From positions 32,001 through 96,000 of the forward strand of contig CAWETW010000003.1 in NCBI GenBank assembly GCA_963812155.1: a DNA stretch of 64,000 bases, given 5' to 3'. Position 1 is the stretch's first letter, and every line of letters begins with the position of its first letter. Origin of the DNA: Vulcanimicrobiota bacterium. Its GTDB lineage: Bacteria; Vulcanimicrobiota; Vulcanimicrobiia; Vulcanimicrobiales; Vulcanimicrobiaceae. Shown in pieces: positions 19,633 to 28,774 of the stretch. The translations under genes were made by a program, and so were the position numbers. The notes under the pieces are model-generated. The model worked only from the letters and a program-made list of their open reading frames with translations, ran no database searches and was not told where the DNA came from.

Positions 19633-21254
19633 TGCCACGCATTCCACGTGTCGGCGATGAACGCCGCCGGTATGTAGTTGCGAACGTCGGAATTCATTGC
19701 GGCATAGCCGTTTTCCCAGGTGAACACCACGGCCGGCACGAGTTCGCGCAGCCGTCGTTCTTCGACCTGATACAGCGCTTTGCGTTGCGTCTGATCGAAG
19801 GTTCGCTCGGCGGCGGTGCTCGTGGCATTGACGATCGGATCGTCGAGCCAGGACGTGTTGGCCCCCTTGGGTGGAATGAAGGCGCCGTTCCAACTGCCGG
19901 CGTTATCGGGATCCGGTCCGTTGGTTTCGATCGACCACTCGAGATCGTACCTTCCGGTGTAGAGCGGACCGTTCTGTGCGAACATCAGGTTGGCGGGGTA
20001 GTTGCGAATCTGCAGGTCGATACCGAACGGCTTGAGCATCGACTGTACGATCACTTCCGATTGCTCGTTCTCTTGGTGGCCGATCGTGGCCGAGATGGTG
20101 AGGTGCAGCGCGCTTGCGTCATTGTGCAGCACGCCGTCGCGCTGCATGCGCCATCCGGCGGCAGCGAGCAGGCGCCGCGCGTCAACGGGATCGTAGGGAT
20201 ACGGCGGAAGCGACGGCGCGGCCCACGATTCGGGAAAAATATCCGAGACGGCCAAACGGTTTATCCCGTGATAGACCGTATCGTCGATGCGTTTCCAGTC
20301 GACGGCTTCGGCGATTGCGCGGCGGACGCGCACGTCGTGCAACAGCGGCCGGCTCGTGTTGATGCCGAGATGGCGCCAGTTTGCAATCAGCTGCCGCTTT
20401 ACGACGATGCCCGGAATGCCTCCGAGCTGGGAAACCGAGTTTGCGTTGACGCTCGGATAGACGTCGATCTCGTGCGTTCTCAATTGATTGAAGAGCGTAT
20501 TGACGTCGGGAACGATCTTCCAGTCGATCTCCTTCAGTTTCGGTGCCCCGCGAAAATACCGCGGGTTGGGAGCGAAGATGAGGGCCGATCCGCGGTTCCA
20601 CGCGCGCAAAACGTAGGGCCCGCTCGAAAGCGGACGATCGTTGAAATCGGATCGATTGAGGTCGTTTTGCGACGCCAGCAGATGCGCGGGCAGCGGAGGA
20701 TATCCGGCGCCGCCCATGGCGAGAATGCCGAACGCCGTGACGTCGGGACGCTTGAGGCGAATAACGATCGTGTGCGGATCGGGCGCGGTTGCCGACGCGA
20801 TGGCATCCCAGCCATAGCGCGTCTTGACGTTGTTGCGCGGATTGAGAACGGCGCGATACGTGAAGATCCAGTCGGCTGCGGTCAGGGGCGCTCCGTCGGC
20901 CCAAACGACGCCCTTGCGCAAATGCACGACGATCGTCTTGCCGTCGGCGCTGATGCCGCCGTTGCGCAGCGTCGGCACTGCAGTTGCGAGATCGGGCACG
21001 TAGTTGCCGCGCCGGTCGTATCGAAGAATGAACGAGAAGAGCAAACCGGAGATCGCGTCGCTTGCGGCGCTGTGCGCGAACATCAGGTTCAAGCCGTCGG
21101 GCTCTTCGTCGGCGCCGATGCGCAGCACGCCGGGAACGGTCCACGGATGGCGCCCGCCGGCATGGTTTGCGGACGTTCCGCTGCGCGCGCAGCCCGAGCA
21201 TACGAACGCCGCGAGCAGCGTACAGCACGCCAGGCGCCGCAAACGAGCGTTCAC
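19620..21254 (-). CDS. Peptide ABC transporter substrate-binding lipoprotein (family 5)
   Basis: Lipobox VCSGC, PDLAT.VP, LRKGVVWADGAPLTAAD, SSGPY, PRYFRGAPKL. Confidence 0.9.
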   Translation of the reverse strand: MNARLRRLACCTLLAAFVCSGCARSGTSANHAGGRHPWTVPGVLRIGADEEPDGLNLMFAHSAASDAISGLLFSFILRYDRRGNYVPDLATAVPTLRNGGISADGKTIVVHLRKGVVWADGAPLTAADWIFTYRAVLNPRNNVKTRYGWDAIASATAPDPHTIVIRLKRPDVTAFGILAMGGAGYPPLPAHLLASQNDLNRSDFNDRPLSSGPYVLRAWNRGSALIFAPNPRYFRGAPKLKEIDWKIVPDVNTLFNQLRTHEIDVYPSVNANSVSQLGGIPGIVVKRQLIANWRHLGINTSRPLLHDVRVRRAIAEAVDWKRIDDTVYHGINRLAVSDIFPESWAAPSLPPYPYDPVDARRLLAAAGWRMQRDGVLHNDASALHLTISATIGHQENEQSEVIVQSMLKPFGIDLQIRNYPANLMFAQNGPLYTGRYDLEWSIETNGPDPDNAGSWNGAFIPPKGANTSWLDDPIVNATSTAAERTFDQTQRKALYQVEERRLRELVPAVVFTWENGYAAMNSDVRNYIPAAFIADTWNAWQWNV

Positions 21255-22303
21255 AGACGAGCGCGTTTGAGGACGTGCGGTCGTATTCGGTCGTACAGGC
21301 GCGCAGCGCCGAAACGTACGACGTCGTCGGCCGGCAACCCCGTTTCGTCGCTCGCCCGCGCGATTTCTTCTCGTGCTCGCTCGTCGCCCAGACCGCGCGT
21401 GTTGAGCGCGATGCCGACGACGGTGGCCGGCTTGACCGTCGCGAGCAGACGCTCGTGAAGATCGATCAGCGCGCGATAGCCGAGTGCCGGCGTGTCGTAT
21501 TCCTCGATGTGCGTTCGCTGCGGATCGCAGACGAGAATCAGCGCATCCGGCGCGCTTCCGAACATCAGCGCTAACGTCACGGGCGCGTACGCCGGGTGAT
21601 TGATGGCGCCTTGTCCCTCGACGACGATGAGTTCGGCGCCCTCGCGTGCGGCGTAGAGCACCAGTTGCTCGGTGGCGCCCGGCGCGAAATCCGCGACGAC
21701 GCGATCGACCGAGATGCCCCATCCGGCTATCATGATTCCCGTTTGGCCCGTCGGTACGAAGCGCGCGTTGACGCCCGCGTCGCGGGCCGCGCGCACGATC
21801 TCGAGCGACACGCTCATCTTTCCGACGGCGCAATCGTTTCCGATCGTCAGCAACACCGGCGCAGCGACGCCGTACACGGCGCCGGAAAAGAGTGGAACGT
21901 CCGGGGGTTTGCGTACGTCCCAAATCGAGGTGCCTGCCTGCATGGCGGCCGTGCGAAATTCGCGGTCCTCCGCGAGCATGTCGTGCAGGCCGCTGACGAT
22001 TTCGAGGCCCGCGGCAATTGCGTCGAGCACGGCCTTGCGCCATTGCGCCGGCAGCGCGCCGCCGCGCGGCGCCGTACCGATCAGCAGCGACGTCGGTGCA
22101 TAGGCCAGCGATTCTTCGACCGTTGCGACGACGGGCGCTTCGCTTTGAAGATGCGGGAGCACTTCGCCCGCGCGCCGTCCCGCGCACGCCGGATCGACGA
22201 CCGCCACGACCTCGTCTTCGCCGTAGCGGATGACGCCGTGCGCCGTCTTGGCGTCGACGGCGAAGCGGTCGATGGCCAAGATCGCGTAACGCCGGCGATT
22301 CAC
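21251..22303 (-). CDS. DUF1611 domain protein (DgcN-like P-loop protein)
   Basis: AKTAHG, IGTAPRGG, SGLH, GNDCAVGKM, TGQTG, VEGQG. Confidence 0.85.
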   Translation of the reverse strand: MNRRRYAILAIDRFAVDAKTAHGVIRYGEDEVVAVVDPACAGRRAGEVLPHLQSEAPVVATVEESLAYAPTSLLIGTAPRGGALPAQWRKAVLDAIAAGLEIVSGLHDMLAEDREFRTAAMQAGTSIWDVRKPPDVPLFSGAVYGVAAPVLLTIGNDCAVGKMSVSLEIVRAARDAGVNARFVPTGQTGIMIAGWGISVDRVVADFAPGATEQLVLYAAREGAELIVVEGQGAINHPAYAPVTLALMFGSAPDALILVCDPQRTHIEEYDTPALGYRALIDLHERLLATVKPATVVGIALNTRGLGDERAREEIARASDETGLPADDVVRFGAARLYDRIRPHVLKRARL

Positions 22304-23334
22304 GCTGTGACGGCTTCGCGAACGCCGAGTCCCGGTGCGCTCGGAAGGATCAGTTTCCCGCGATCGTAGGTGACGCCCACGAATGGGTCGCGGGCGGTGA
22401 GGAACGGTCCGTCGATATCCGCCCAATCGACGAGCGGCGAAATGTGGGCCGCAGCCGTCGCACAGACGGCGCTCTCGACCATGCAGCCGAGCATAACCTT
22501 CATGCCCATCGCGCGCGCGGTGTGAATCATCGCCAGCGCGCCGCGCAAGCCGCCGGTCTTCGCCAATTTTACGTTGACGCCGTCGACGCAGCCGTAGAGC
22601 GGCGGCAGGTCGCGCGCATCGAGCGAGTCCTCGTCGGTGACGATCGGTATTGCAACCCGTTCGCGGATCGCGCGCAACTCGTGTGGGCGGCCCGCCGGAA
22701 CCGGCTGTTCGCAGAACTCGATGTCGAAACGTTCGAGTTCGTTGAGAATCGTCACCGCGGTTTCAACGTCCCAGCCTTCGTTTGCATCGATGCGGATTGC
22801 ACCGCGATAACGTGTCCGGATTGCGGCAATCGTCTCGATTTGTTCGGCGATGGTTCCGCTGCCGAGTTTGATCTTGAGGATGGGATGTTCGCCGACTTCG
22901 GCGACTTTACGCAGCGTCGTTTCCGGATCGGCGATGCCGATCGTAAACGACGTGACCGGCGTGAGCGCCGGATCGAGTCCGAAGAGGTCGTATAGCGGCT
23001 TGCCGAGATCCTTACCGATGAGGTCGTGCAGCGCGAGGTCGAGCCCGGAACGCGCCGCCGGCGGAATGCCGGCGTGCAGGAGTGCCTCGAGCCGATACGG
23101 ATCGTCGCCGGAGATCGGATTGTCGCGAAAATAAGCGGCTACGCTTTCGACCGATTCGCCGTACCGGTCGACGGGCGCCGCCTCTCCGACGCCCTCGAGT
23201 TCGCCCCAGCGCACGCGAACCAACGCGGTGCGCGCGACGGTTTCCTCTCCGCGAGCGATTTTGAATGGATGAACGAGCGGCAGTTCGAGCGGCTCGACGG
23301 AGAGCGACAAGCGGGGCATTCCCGCGATTTCCAC
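22300..23334 (-). CDS. L-Ala-D/L-Glu dipeptide epimerase (enolase superfamily, DgcA/YkfB-like)
   Basis: PFKIARG, KIKLG, DANEGW, EQP, DED, NVKLAKTGG, GCMVES, DIDG; alternative start ATG 23319. Confidence 0.9.
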   Translation of the reverse strand: MEIAGMPRLSLSVEPLELPLVHPFKIARGEETVARTALVRVRWGELEGVGEAAPVDRYGESVESVAAYFRDNPISGDDPYRLEALLHAGIPPAARSGLDLALHDLIGKDLGKPLYDLFGLDPALTPVTSFTIGIADPETTLRKVAEVGEHPILKIKLGSGTIAEQIETIAAIRTRYRGAIRIDANEGWDVETAVTILNELERFDIEFCEQPVPAGRPHELRAIRERVAIPIVTDEDSLDARDLPPLYGCVDGVNVKLAKTGGLRGALAMIHTARAMGMKVMLGCMVESAVCATAAAHISPLVDWADIDGPFLTARDPFVGVTYDRGKLILPSAPGLGVREAVTA

Positions 23335-23360
23335 TCGCCGGGCCGCGTTCCCTCAGTGCG

Positions 23361-23867
23361 TTACGCGACGAGCGCCAGCGTCACGGCCGAAGCGACGCGG
23401 TAACATCTGCCGGCATGGTCGTACCGAACGCTTTCGCCGAGCGTCCGCGCGGCATGCCGCTCCGAGCCCGTCACGACGCGCCGCTCCTCGGCCGTGTCGT
23501 ACGCTCGGCTTTCGCGCTGCGAAAGCGCCGTTTCGCGCGCCGGCGATTCGACGGCGTGGTCGACTTCGTGCCCCAAGCCGAGCGCCGGTGACTGACGTCC
23601 TCCGCGCGTGGTATGCAGCGCCGAACGCGGATCCCATGCAATCGTATCCGTCGAAGGATCGAAGGAATCGTCGTTGCGATGGTTGATCGTCAAACGGAAC
23701 CGGCGATCGTTCGCATGTTCCAGTCGCTCGAAAAGCCGGCGTTCGACGCCATCGCGCGATAAGTAGGATTTAGCCGCGCGATAATCGCGATCTCCGCGCG
23801 ACGCTACCGCAAGCGATCCATGGTGCACCCACGCGTGCGCGTGTTGTCGCGATACAACGTACGTCAT
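23361..23867 (-). CDS. HExxH zinc metallopeptidase-like protein
   Basis: TIAWDP...SPALGLGHEVDHA...EERRVV; GGAG before ATG 23867. Confidence 0.6.
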   Translation of the reverse strand: MTYVVSRQHAHAWVHHGSLAVASRGDRDYRAAKSYLSRDGVERRLFERLEHANDRRFRLTINHRNDDSFDPSTDTIAWDPRSALHTTRGGRQSPALGLGHEVDHAVESPARETALSQRESRAYDTAEERRVVTGSERHAARTLGESVRYDHAGRCYRVASAVTLALVA

Positions 23868-23918
23868 GCTCCGCCAATCACGCGCGCGGCCCGGCAGGCT
23901 AGAAGATCGCCGCGACCC

Positions 23919-23947
23919 TTGCCGCTCCAGCCGCCCGGTGGTATGCT
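23919..23947 (+). promoter_or_regulatory. Sigma70-type promoter for the NHL gene
   Basis: TTGCCG-17 nt-TATGCT with extended -10 TG. Confidence 0.55.
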
Positions 23948-23985
23948 GGGGAGCCAACCAGGCGCGGGCCGGATTCGGAGGAAGC

Positions 23986-25041
23986 ATGAACCCACGAATC
24001 ATGGCGGCGATCGTCGCCTTTGCCGCTGCCGTTTGCGGAGGCTGTTCCGGCGCCGCTCAAACGAGTCTCACTCCGGCGCAAGTCTTTGCGTCGCAATCGC
24101 ATGCGACGAGAGGGTTGGCGCGCCGGGCAGTCCCTGGCCCAGAGCTCTACGTTGCCAATTCCGGTAACGATACGGTGACGGTTTACGCGGCGGCGAGCAA
24201 CACGCTGCTGCGCACGATTTCCAAAGGCATCCACACTCCGTACGCCATTGCGTTCGATCCTTCTGGAAATCTCTACGTGGCAAACTACAGCGCCAACGAC
24301 GTGACGGTGTACGCTCCCGGCAGCGACCGCGTGCTCAGGACGATCAGCGAAGGTGTGAACCTTCCGGCGTACGTCGCGTTCGACGCCTCCGGAAACCTGT
24401 ACGTCGCCAATCTCTACATCAACCCAACCGTGACCGTCTATGCGCCGGGCAGCAACGAGGTGCTGCGAACGATTTCCGACGGGCTCACGTCTCCGTTCAG
24501 CCTGGCCTTCGACGGTGCCGGAAATTTGTACGTCGCGAATACGTTCCAGATCGAAACCGTGACGGTCTACGCGGCCGGTACGACCACGCTGTTACGAACG
24601 ATCACGAAAGGCATGGGGCAGCCGTGGGCGCTGGCCTTCGACGGTGACGGAAATCTGTACGTCGCGAACGACTCGGTAAACACGGTGACGGTGTACGCTC
24701 CGGGCAGCACGTCGGTGCTGCGAACGATTTCGCACGGCTTAAAAAACCCGGCATCCTTGCTCTTCGATCCCAATGGGAGCCTCTTCGTTGGAAGCTTCGG
24801 AAACAACACCGTCGCGGAATACGCCCCGGGCAGCCAGATTGCGTTTCGTAAAATCCAGAAGCACGTGCGCCATCCGGTCGCAATTGCGCTGGACGCAAAT
24901 CGCAATCTCTACGTTGCGAACGAAGGGTCCTTTACGCAAACCGGAAAGGTTATTTCGATTCACGCGCCGGGGCGCAAGGGCGTTCGCCGGCTCATCACTG
25001 CCGGCGTGGATGGTCCGATCGCTCTCGCATTCGGTCCGTAG
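23986..25041 (+). CDS. NHL-repeat beta-propeller lipoprotein
   Basis: GGAGG RBS, signal ending VCGGC; about seven repeats 'P..LAFD..GNLYVAN....VTVYAPGS..VLRTIS.G'. Confidence 0.88.
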   Translation: MNPRIMAAIVAFAAAVCGGCSGAAQTSLTPAQVFASQSHATRGLARRAVPGPELYVANSGNDTVTVYAAASNTLLRTISKGIHTPYAIAFDPSGNLYVANYSANDVTVYAPGSDRVLRTISEGVNLPAYVAFDASGNLYVANLYINPTVTVYAPGSNEVLRTISDGLTSPFSLAFDGAGNLYVANTFQIETVTVYAAGTTTLLRTITKGMGQPWALAFDGDGNLYVANDSVNTVTVYAPGSTSVLRTISHGLKNPASLLFDPNGSLFVGSFGNNTVAEYAPGSQIAFRKIQKHVRHPVAIALDANRNLYVANEGSFTQTGKVISIHAPGRKGVRRLITAGVDGPIALAFGP

Positions 25042-25483
25042 TCACCCGATCGCGTAAGGCGGAGCGCGCTTTTTCGATCCGGCGCATCCGCGTTTCCGGT
25101 TTTTTGGCCTCTTCGATCCACATCACGTACTCCTTGCGATGCGAATACGACATGGCGTCGAAGGCCCGCCGTTCCGGCGCACCCATCGCTTTGGCGAAAT
25201 CCGCAGGAACGTCGACGGTGCGCGGATCGGCGTCGCGCTCGACGTCAACCGTAATTCGGTCGCCGCGAGCGACGTGCGCGCCCTTCCGAATTGCGGCGGC
25301 GACGCCGATTGCCGGTCCGAGCCCCATGTCGCAGATCGTCGTTCGCCAGGTGACGCCGTTGATCGTGACGCGCACCGGGACGCGAATGCGCCCCTCGAAC
25401 GCGCGCATCACCGTCGCAGGAACGGCAAAATACGATCCCGACGAATCGTCGACCCCTCGAAGCGAGGTGCGAAATCGCGCCAT
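24995..25483 (-). CDS. DUF1905 + YdeI/OmpD-associated domain protein
   Basis: VPVRVTINGVTWRTT, R.VDVPADF, SYSHRKEYVMWIEEAKKPETRMRRI. Confidence 0.82.
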   Translation of the reverse strand: MARFRTSLRGVDDSSGSYFAVPATVMRAFEGRIRVPVRVTINGVTWRTTICDMGLGPAIGVAAAIRKGAHVARGDRITVDVERDADPRTVDVPADFAKAMGAPERRAFDAMSYSHRKEYVMWIEEAKKPETRMRRIEKARSALRDRVTTDRMRERSDHPRRQ

Positions 25484-25569
25484 TCGAGCGTGTAGCCTCG
25501 TGCTTTTTTGCGACTTCTTACGGCCAGCGGCGCCGGCCTGCTCTCGGCTACGGCGGGCTTGACTGCGAG

Positions 25570-25578
25570 TGGTACGGT
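25570..25578 (+). promoter_or_regulatory. Extended -10 promoter for 6S RNA
   Basis: TG-G-TACGGT 7 nt before the 6S closing stem. Confidence 0.45.
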
Positions 25579-25585
25579 AGAGGGG

Positions 25586-25771
25586 CTCGACTGCGCGTAT
25601 GCGCGCACCGCCAATAGGTACCGAGCCGATAGTGATACATAGGGAGCATCAGCTCCGGATACGACGTAAAGGCTTGGGCTCTGGATGCCTGCCGGAACGG
25701 CGCCCGGGCCGCACCCACCTGCGAGACGCGGGTTCGATCACCAACGGCGGCAGACGCTACGTGCGGTCGAG
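25586..25771 (+). ncRNA. ssrS: 6S RNA
   Basis: ~186 nt; closing stem CTCGACTGCGCGTA / TACGTGCGGTCGAG; motifs CGAGCC...GGGAGC and GCACCCACCTGCG...CGCGGGTTCG typical of Firmicutes-type 6S RNA. Confidence 0.85.
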
Positions 25772-26479
25772 TGACGCCAGTGCCGCACGCCAAGCGCGCA
25801 ACGTAGCGCGCACCGCTGCAACGTCGAGATGATCTCCGAATGCATCGACGGCAAGATGCCCGCGAAACTCCGGAAAACGGTGCAACGTTTCCGCGATCGA
25901 ACGCTCGCCGGCGAGGGATGCGCCGCTCCACAGCAATACGGTGTTGGGCGCCAGCTGCGAGGGATCGTCGGCAGGTCCGAACGCGCTCGGCCGCGGGCCG
26001 AAGCGCAGCCACGCGGAGTCGGCTTCCTTGGTGACGCGTTTACAATCGTGCGTGCTTCCCGCAAACGTCCCGGCTGCGTTGCGCAGCGCAAGGGTCACGT
26101 TGAACGATTTGGCCAGCGACGTGGCGGCATTCAGCTTCGCAAGCTGTTCGCTCCACGGTGCGCCCGTTTCCGCAACGAGTTCGCCGGCTACGAGCGGCGC
26201 TCCGATGGCGGCGGCAACCTCGAACGTCTGGGCCATCCGCGCTTGCTCGAAGCCGAAAAACGCCGCCTCCGCAAGTGCGGCTATCGTCAGACCCCTGTCG
26301 GCCGCCATCTTCTTCACCTGTGCGAGGTAGTCGGAGTCGGTTCGCGGAAAGTGGCGCACGTCCAACACGACGCCGTCGCAAGCCAGCTCGTGCGCGCAGA
26401 GATCGAGGAACTCGAGTTGGGTGAGATCCCCGCCGACGAACGAAGAGTCGAGCGCGCCGCTCGCGCAGGCCAGCTTCAT
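25757..26479 (-). CDS. Sugar phosphate isomerase/epimerase-like TIM-barrel protein (divergent)
   Basis: LTQLEFLDLCA..L.CDGV.L...HF....DYL..VKK.A...GL.I; expected metal ligands appear degenerate (LALRN instead of LALEN). Confidence 0.7.
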   Translation of the reverse strand: MKLACASGALDSSFVGGDLTQLEFLDLCAHELACDGVVLDVRHFPRTDSDYLAQVKKMAADRGLTIAALAEAAFFGFEQARMAQTFEVAAAIGAPLVAGELVAETGAPWSEQLAKLNAATSLAKSFNVTLALRNAAGTFAGSTHDCKRVTKEADSAWLRFGPRPSAFGPADDPSQLAPNTVLLWSGASLAGERSIAETLHRFPEFRGHLAVDAFGDHLDVAAVRATLRAWRAALASLDRT

Positions 26480-26541
26480 CGGCGTCCGAGGTTCGACCGC
26501 TGGTTGCGCGCCCCTTGCTCTACGAGGTTTGCGAAAGCACT

Positions 26542-27063
26542 ATGAATATCGCCGTCGGTGCCGATCACGCCGGCTTCGAATACAAAGACCGCATCGCGCG
26601 CGTTCTGCGCGACAAGGGGCACGACGTGCTCGATTTCGGCACGCACGATACGACGCCGGTCGACTATCCGCAATACGGCTACGCCGTCGGCGAAGCCGTC
26701 GCCAGCGGTCAAGCCGAACGCGGCATCGTCGTATGCGGCTCGAGCCTCGGGATCGCGATTGCGGCCAACAAGGTGCCCGGCATTCGCTGCGCGCCGGTTT
26801 CGGAACCCTACTCTGCCGAACTCGCCCGCCGCCATAACGACTGCAACGTCATGGCGTTTTCCGAGCGTCTCACCGGGTGGGAGATGATCGAACGCATGCT
26901 GGACCTTTTCTTGGAAACGCCGTTCGACGGCGGGCGCCACGCATATCGCGTCGAACAGCTTTTCGAGTTCGGAGATGCGCAGCGCGCACGGACGCTCAAA
27001 GATATCGAGCGAGGAGCCGTGACCGACGCGCAAACGCCGCCGAACCTCGCCGCCCAGCCCTAG
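26542..27063 (+). CDS. rpiB: Ribose-5-phosphate isomerase B
   Basis: [35 protein letters not shown]. Confidence 0.94.
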   Translation: MNIAVGADHAGFEYKDRIARVLRDKGHDVLDFGTHDTTPVDYPQYGYAVGEAVASGQAERGIVVCGSSLGIAIAANKVPGIRCAPVSEPYSAELARRHNDCNVMAFSERLTGWEMIERMLDLFLETPFDGGRHAYRVEQLFEFGDAQRARTLKDIERGAVTDAQTPPNLAAQP

Positions 27064-27073
27064 GAGTCGCGCC

Positions 27074-28321
27074 ATGGACGTGCTCGCACGCAGCCACATC
27101 GAAACCGAAGATCCGGAGATCTTTGCGGCAATCGCCGGCGAGGAGCGGCGCCAAATTCACAACCTCGAGCTCATCGCGTCGGAGAACTACGCAAGCGCCG
27201 CAGTTCGTGAAGCGATGGGTTGCGTCATGACCAACAAGTACGCCGAGGGGTATCCGGGTAAGCGTTACTACGGCGGATGCGAGTTCGTCGACGTCGCCGA
27301 ACGGCTGGCGATCGATCGTCTGAAGGCGCTCTTCGGCGCGGAGCACGCCAACGTACAGCCGCATTCGGGCGCGCAGGCCAACATGGCCGTCTTCATGGCG
27401 CATCTGCAGCCCGGCGACACGGTGCTCGGAATGTCGCTGGCGCACGGCGGGCACCTCACGCACGGTACGAAGGTCAGCTTCTCCGGAAAACTTTACAACG
27501 CCGTCGCGTACGGCGTGCGCCGCGACACCGAGCTGATCGACTTCGACGAAGTGCGGCGCCAGGCGCGCGAGCACCGCCCGAAGATGATCGTTGCCGGCGC
27601 TAGCGCGTATCCGCGCATCATGGAGTACGGGCCGTTCCGCGAGATTGCCGACGAGATCGGAGCGACGCTGCTGGTCGACATGGCTCACGTCGCCGGCCTG
27701 GTCGCGGCCGGCTTGCATCCGTCGCCCGTGGGCATCGCCGATTTTTCCACATCGACGACCCACAAGACGCTGCGGGGCCCGCGCGGCGGCATCGTTCTCT
27801 GCACGCAAGCGTGGGCGCAAGCGATCGACAAAAGCGTCTTTCCCGGCATTCAGGGCGGTCCGCTGATGCACGCCATTGCCGCAAAGGCCGTCGCCTTCAA
27901 CGAAGCGCTGCGGCCCGATTTCAAAACCTATCAGCAGAACGTCATCGACAACGCGCGCGCGATGGCCGAAGAGTTCGTGCGCGGCGGTCTGCGCCTGGTC
28001 GGCGGAGGAACCGACACGCATTTGCTCCTCGTCGACGTGTCCGTCAAAGGATTGACCGGCAAAGCGGTCGAGGCGTATCTCGACGAGATCGGCATCACGG
28101 TCAACAAAAATGCGATTCCTTTCGACGCTCAAAAACCGATGGTCGCCAGCGGCATCCGCATCGGCACCCCGGCGATCACGACGCGCGGTTTCGGCGTCGC
28201 CGACTGCGTCGAAGCGGCGCGCATCATCGTCGAGTCGCTCGGCGACGTGGAGACGCGCGAACGCATCCCCACCCTGGCAGGTCGCGTTCGCGAGCTGACC
28301 GGCGGCTTCGGCGTTCCGTAG
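27074..28321 (+). CDS. glyA: Serine hydroxymethyltransferase
   Basis: [40 protein letters not shown]. Confidence 0.97.
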   Translation: MDVLARSHIETEDPEIFAAIAGEERRQIHNLELIASENYASAAVREAMGCVMTNKYAEGYPGKRYYGGCEFVDVAERLAIDRLKALFGAEHANVQPHSGAQANMAVFMAHLQPGDTVLGMSLAHGGHLTHGTKVSFSGKLYNAVAYGVRRDTELIDFDEVRRQAREHRPKMIVAGASAYPRIMEYGPFREIADEIGATLLVDMAHVAGLVAAGLHPSPVGIADFSTSTTHKTLRGPRGGIVLCTQAWAQAIDKSVFPGIQGGPLMHAIAAKAVAFNEALRPDFKTYQQNVIDNARAMAEEFVRGGLRLVGGGTDTHLLLVDVSVKGLTGKAVEAYLDEIGITVNKNAIPFDAQKPMVASGIRIGTPAITTRGFGVADCVEAARIIVESLGDVETRERIPTLAGRVRELTGGFGVP

Positions 28322-28336
28322 GAGAGGGAGTTCCTA

Positions 28337-28774
28337 GTGCGGCCCGGATGGGACGAGTATTTCATGCAAATCGCGCAGACGGTGAGCACGCGATCGACCT
28401 GCCCGCGCGCCGCGGTCGGGTGCGTGCTGGTGCGAGATCACCGCATCCTGACGACCGGCTATAACGGCGCGCCGCGCGGCACCGCGCACTGCACCGACGT
28501 CGGATGCACGCTCGTCGGCGGCCATTGCGTCCGCGCCACCCACGCGGAAGCCAACGCGGTCGTGCAGGGCGCGCTGCACGGCGTAAGCCTGCAAGGCGCG
28601 ACGGCATACTGCACGCATCAGCCGTGCGTTCACTGCTCGAAACTGCTCATCAGCGCCGGCGCCGAAAAAATCGTGTACGGCGGAAGTTATCCCGACGAAG
28701 TTGCCGGACAGTTGCTGGCGGAGGCCGGCGTTGCGCTCGTCCGCTACGCCGCGCTCGAGGGCTCGCCCGCATGA
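28337..28774 (+). CDS. dCMP deaminase family protein (ComEB-like)
   Basis: RP.WDEYFM, RSTC, TGYNG, HAEANA, PCVHC. Confidence 0.92.
   Translation: MRPGWDEYFMQIAQTVSTRSTCPRAAVGCVLVRDHRILTTGYNGAPRGTAHCTDVGCTLVGGHCVRATHAEANAVVQGALHGVSLQGATAYCTHQPCVHCSKLLISAGAEKIVYGGSYPDEVAGQLLAEAGVALVRYAALEGSPA

Noticed and set aside
19620..22187. 855-aa extended OppA ORF
   Set aside because: The N-terminal part is an off-frame reading of DUF1611; the real start is GTG 21254, followed by a lipoprotein signal.
25559..25564. TTGACT as the -35 of the 6S promoter
   Set aside because: Only 8 nt from the TACGGT -10; spacing incompatible.
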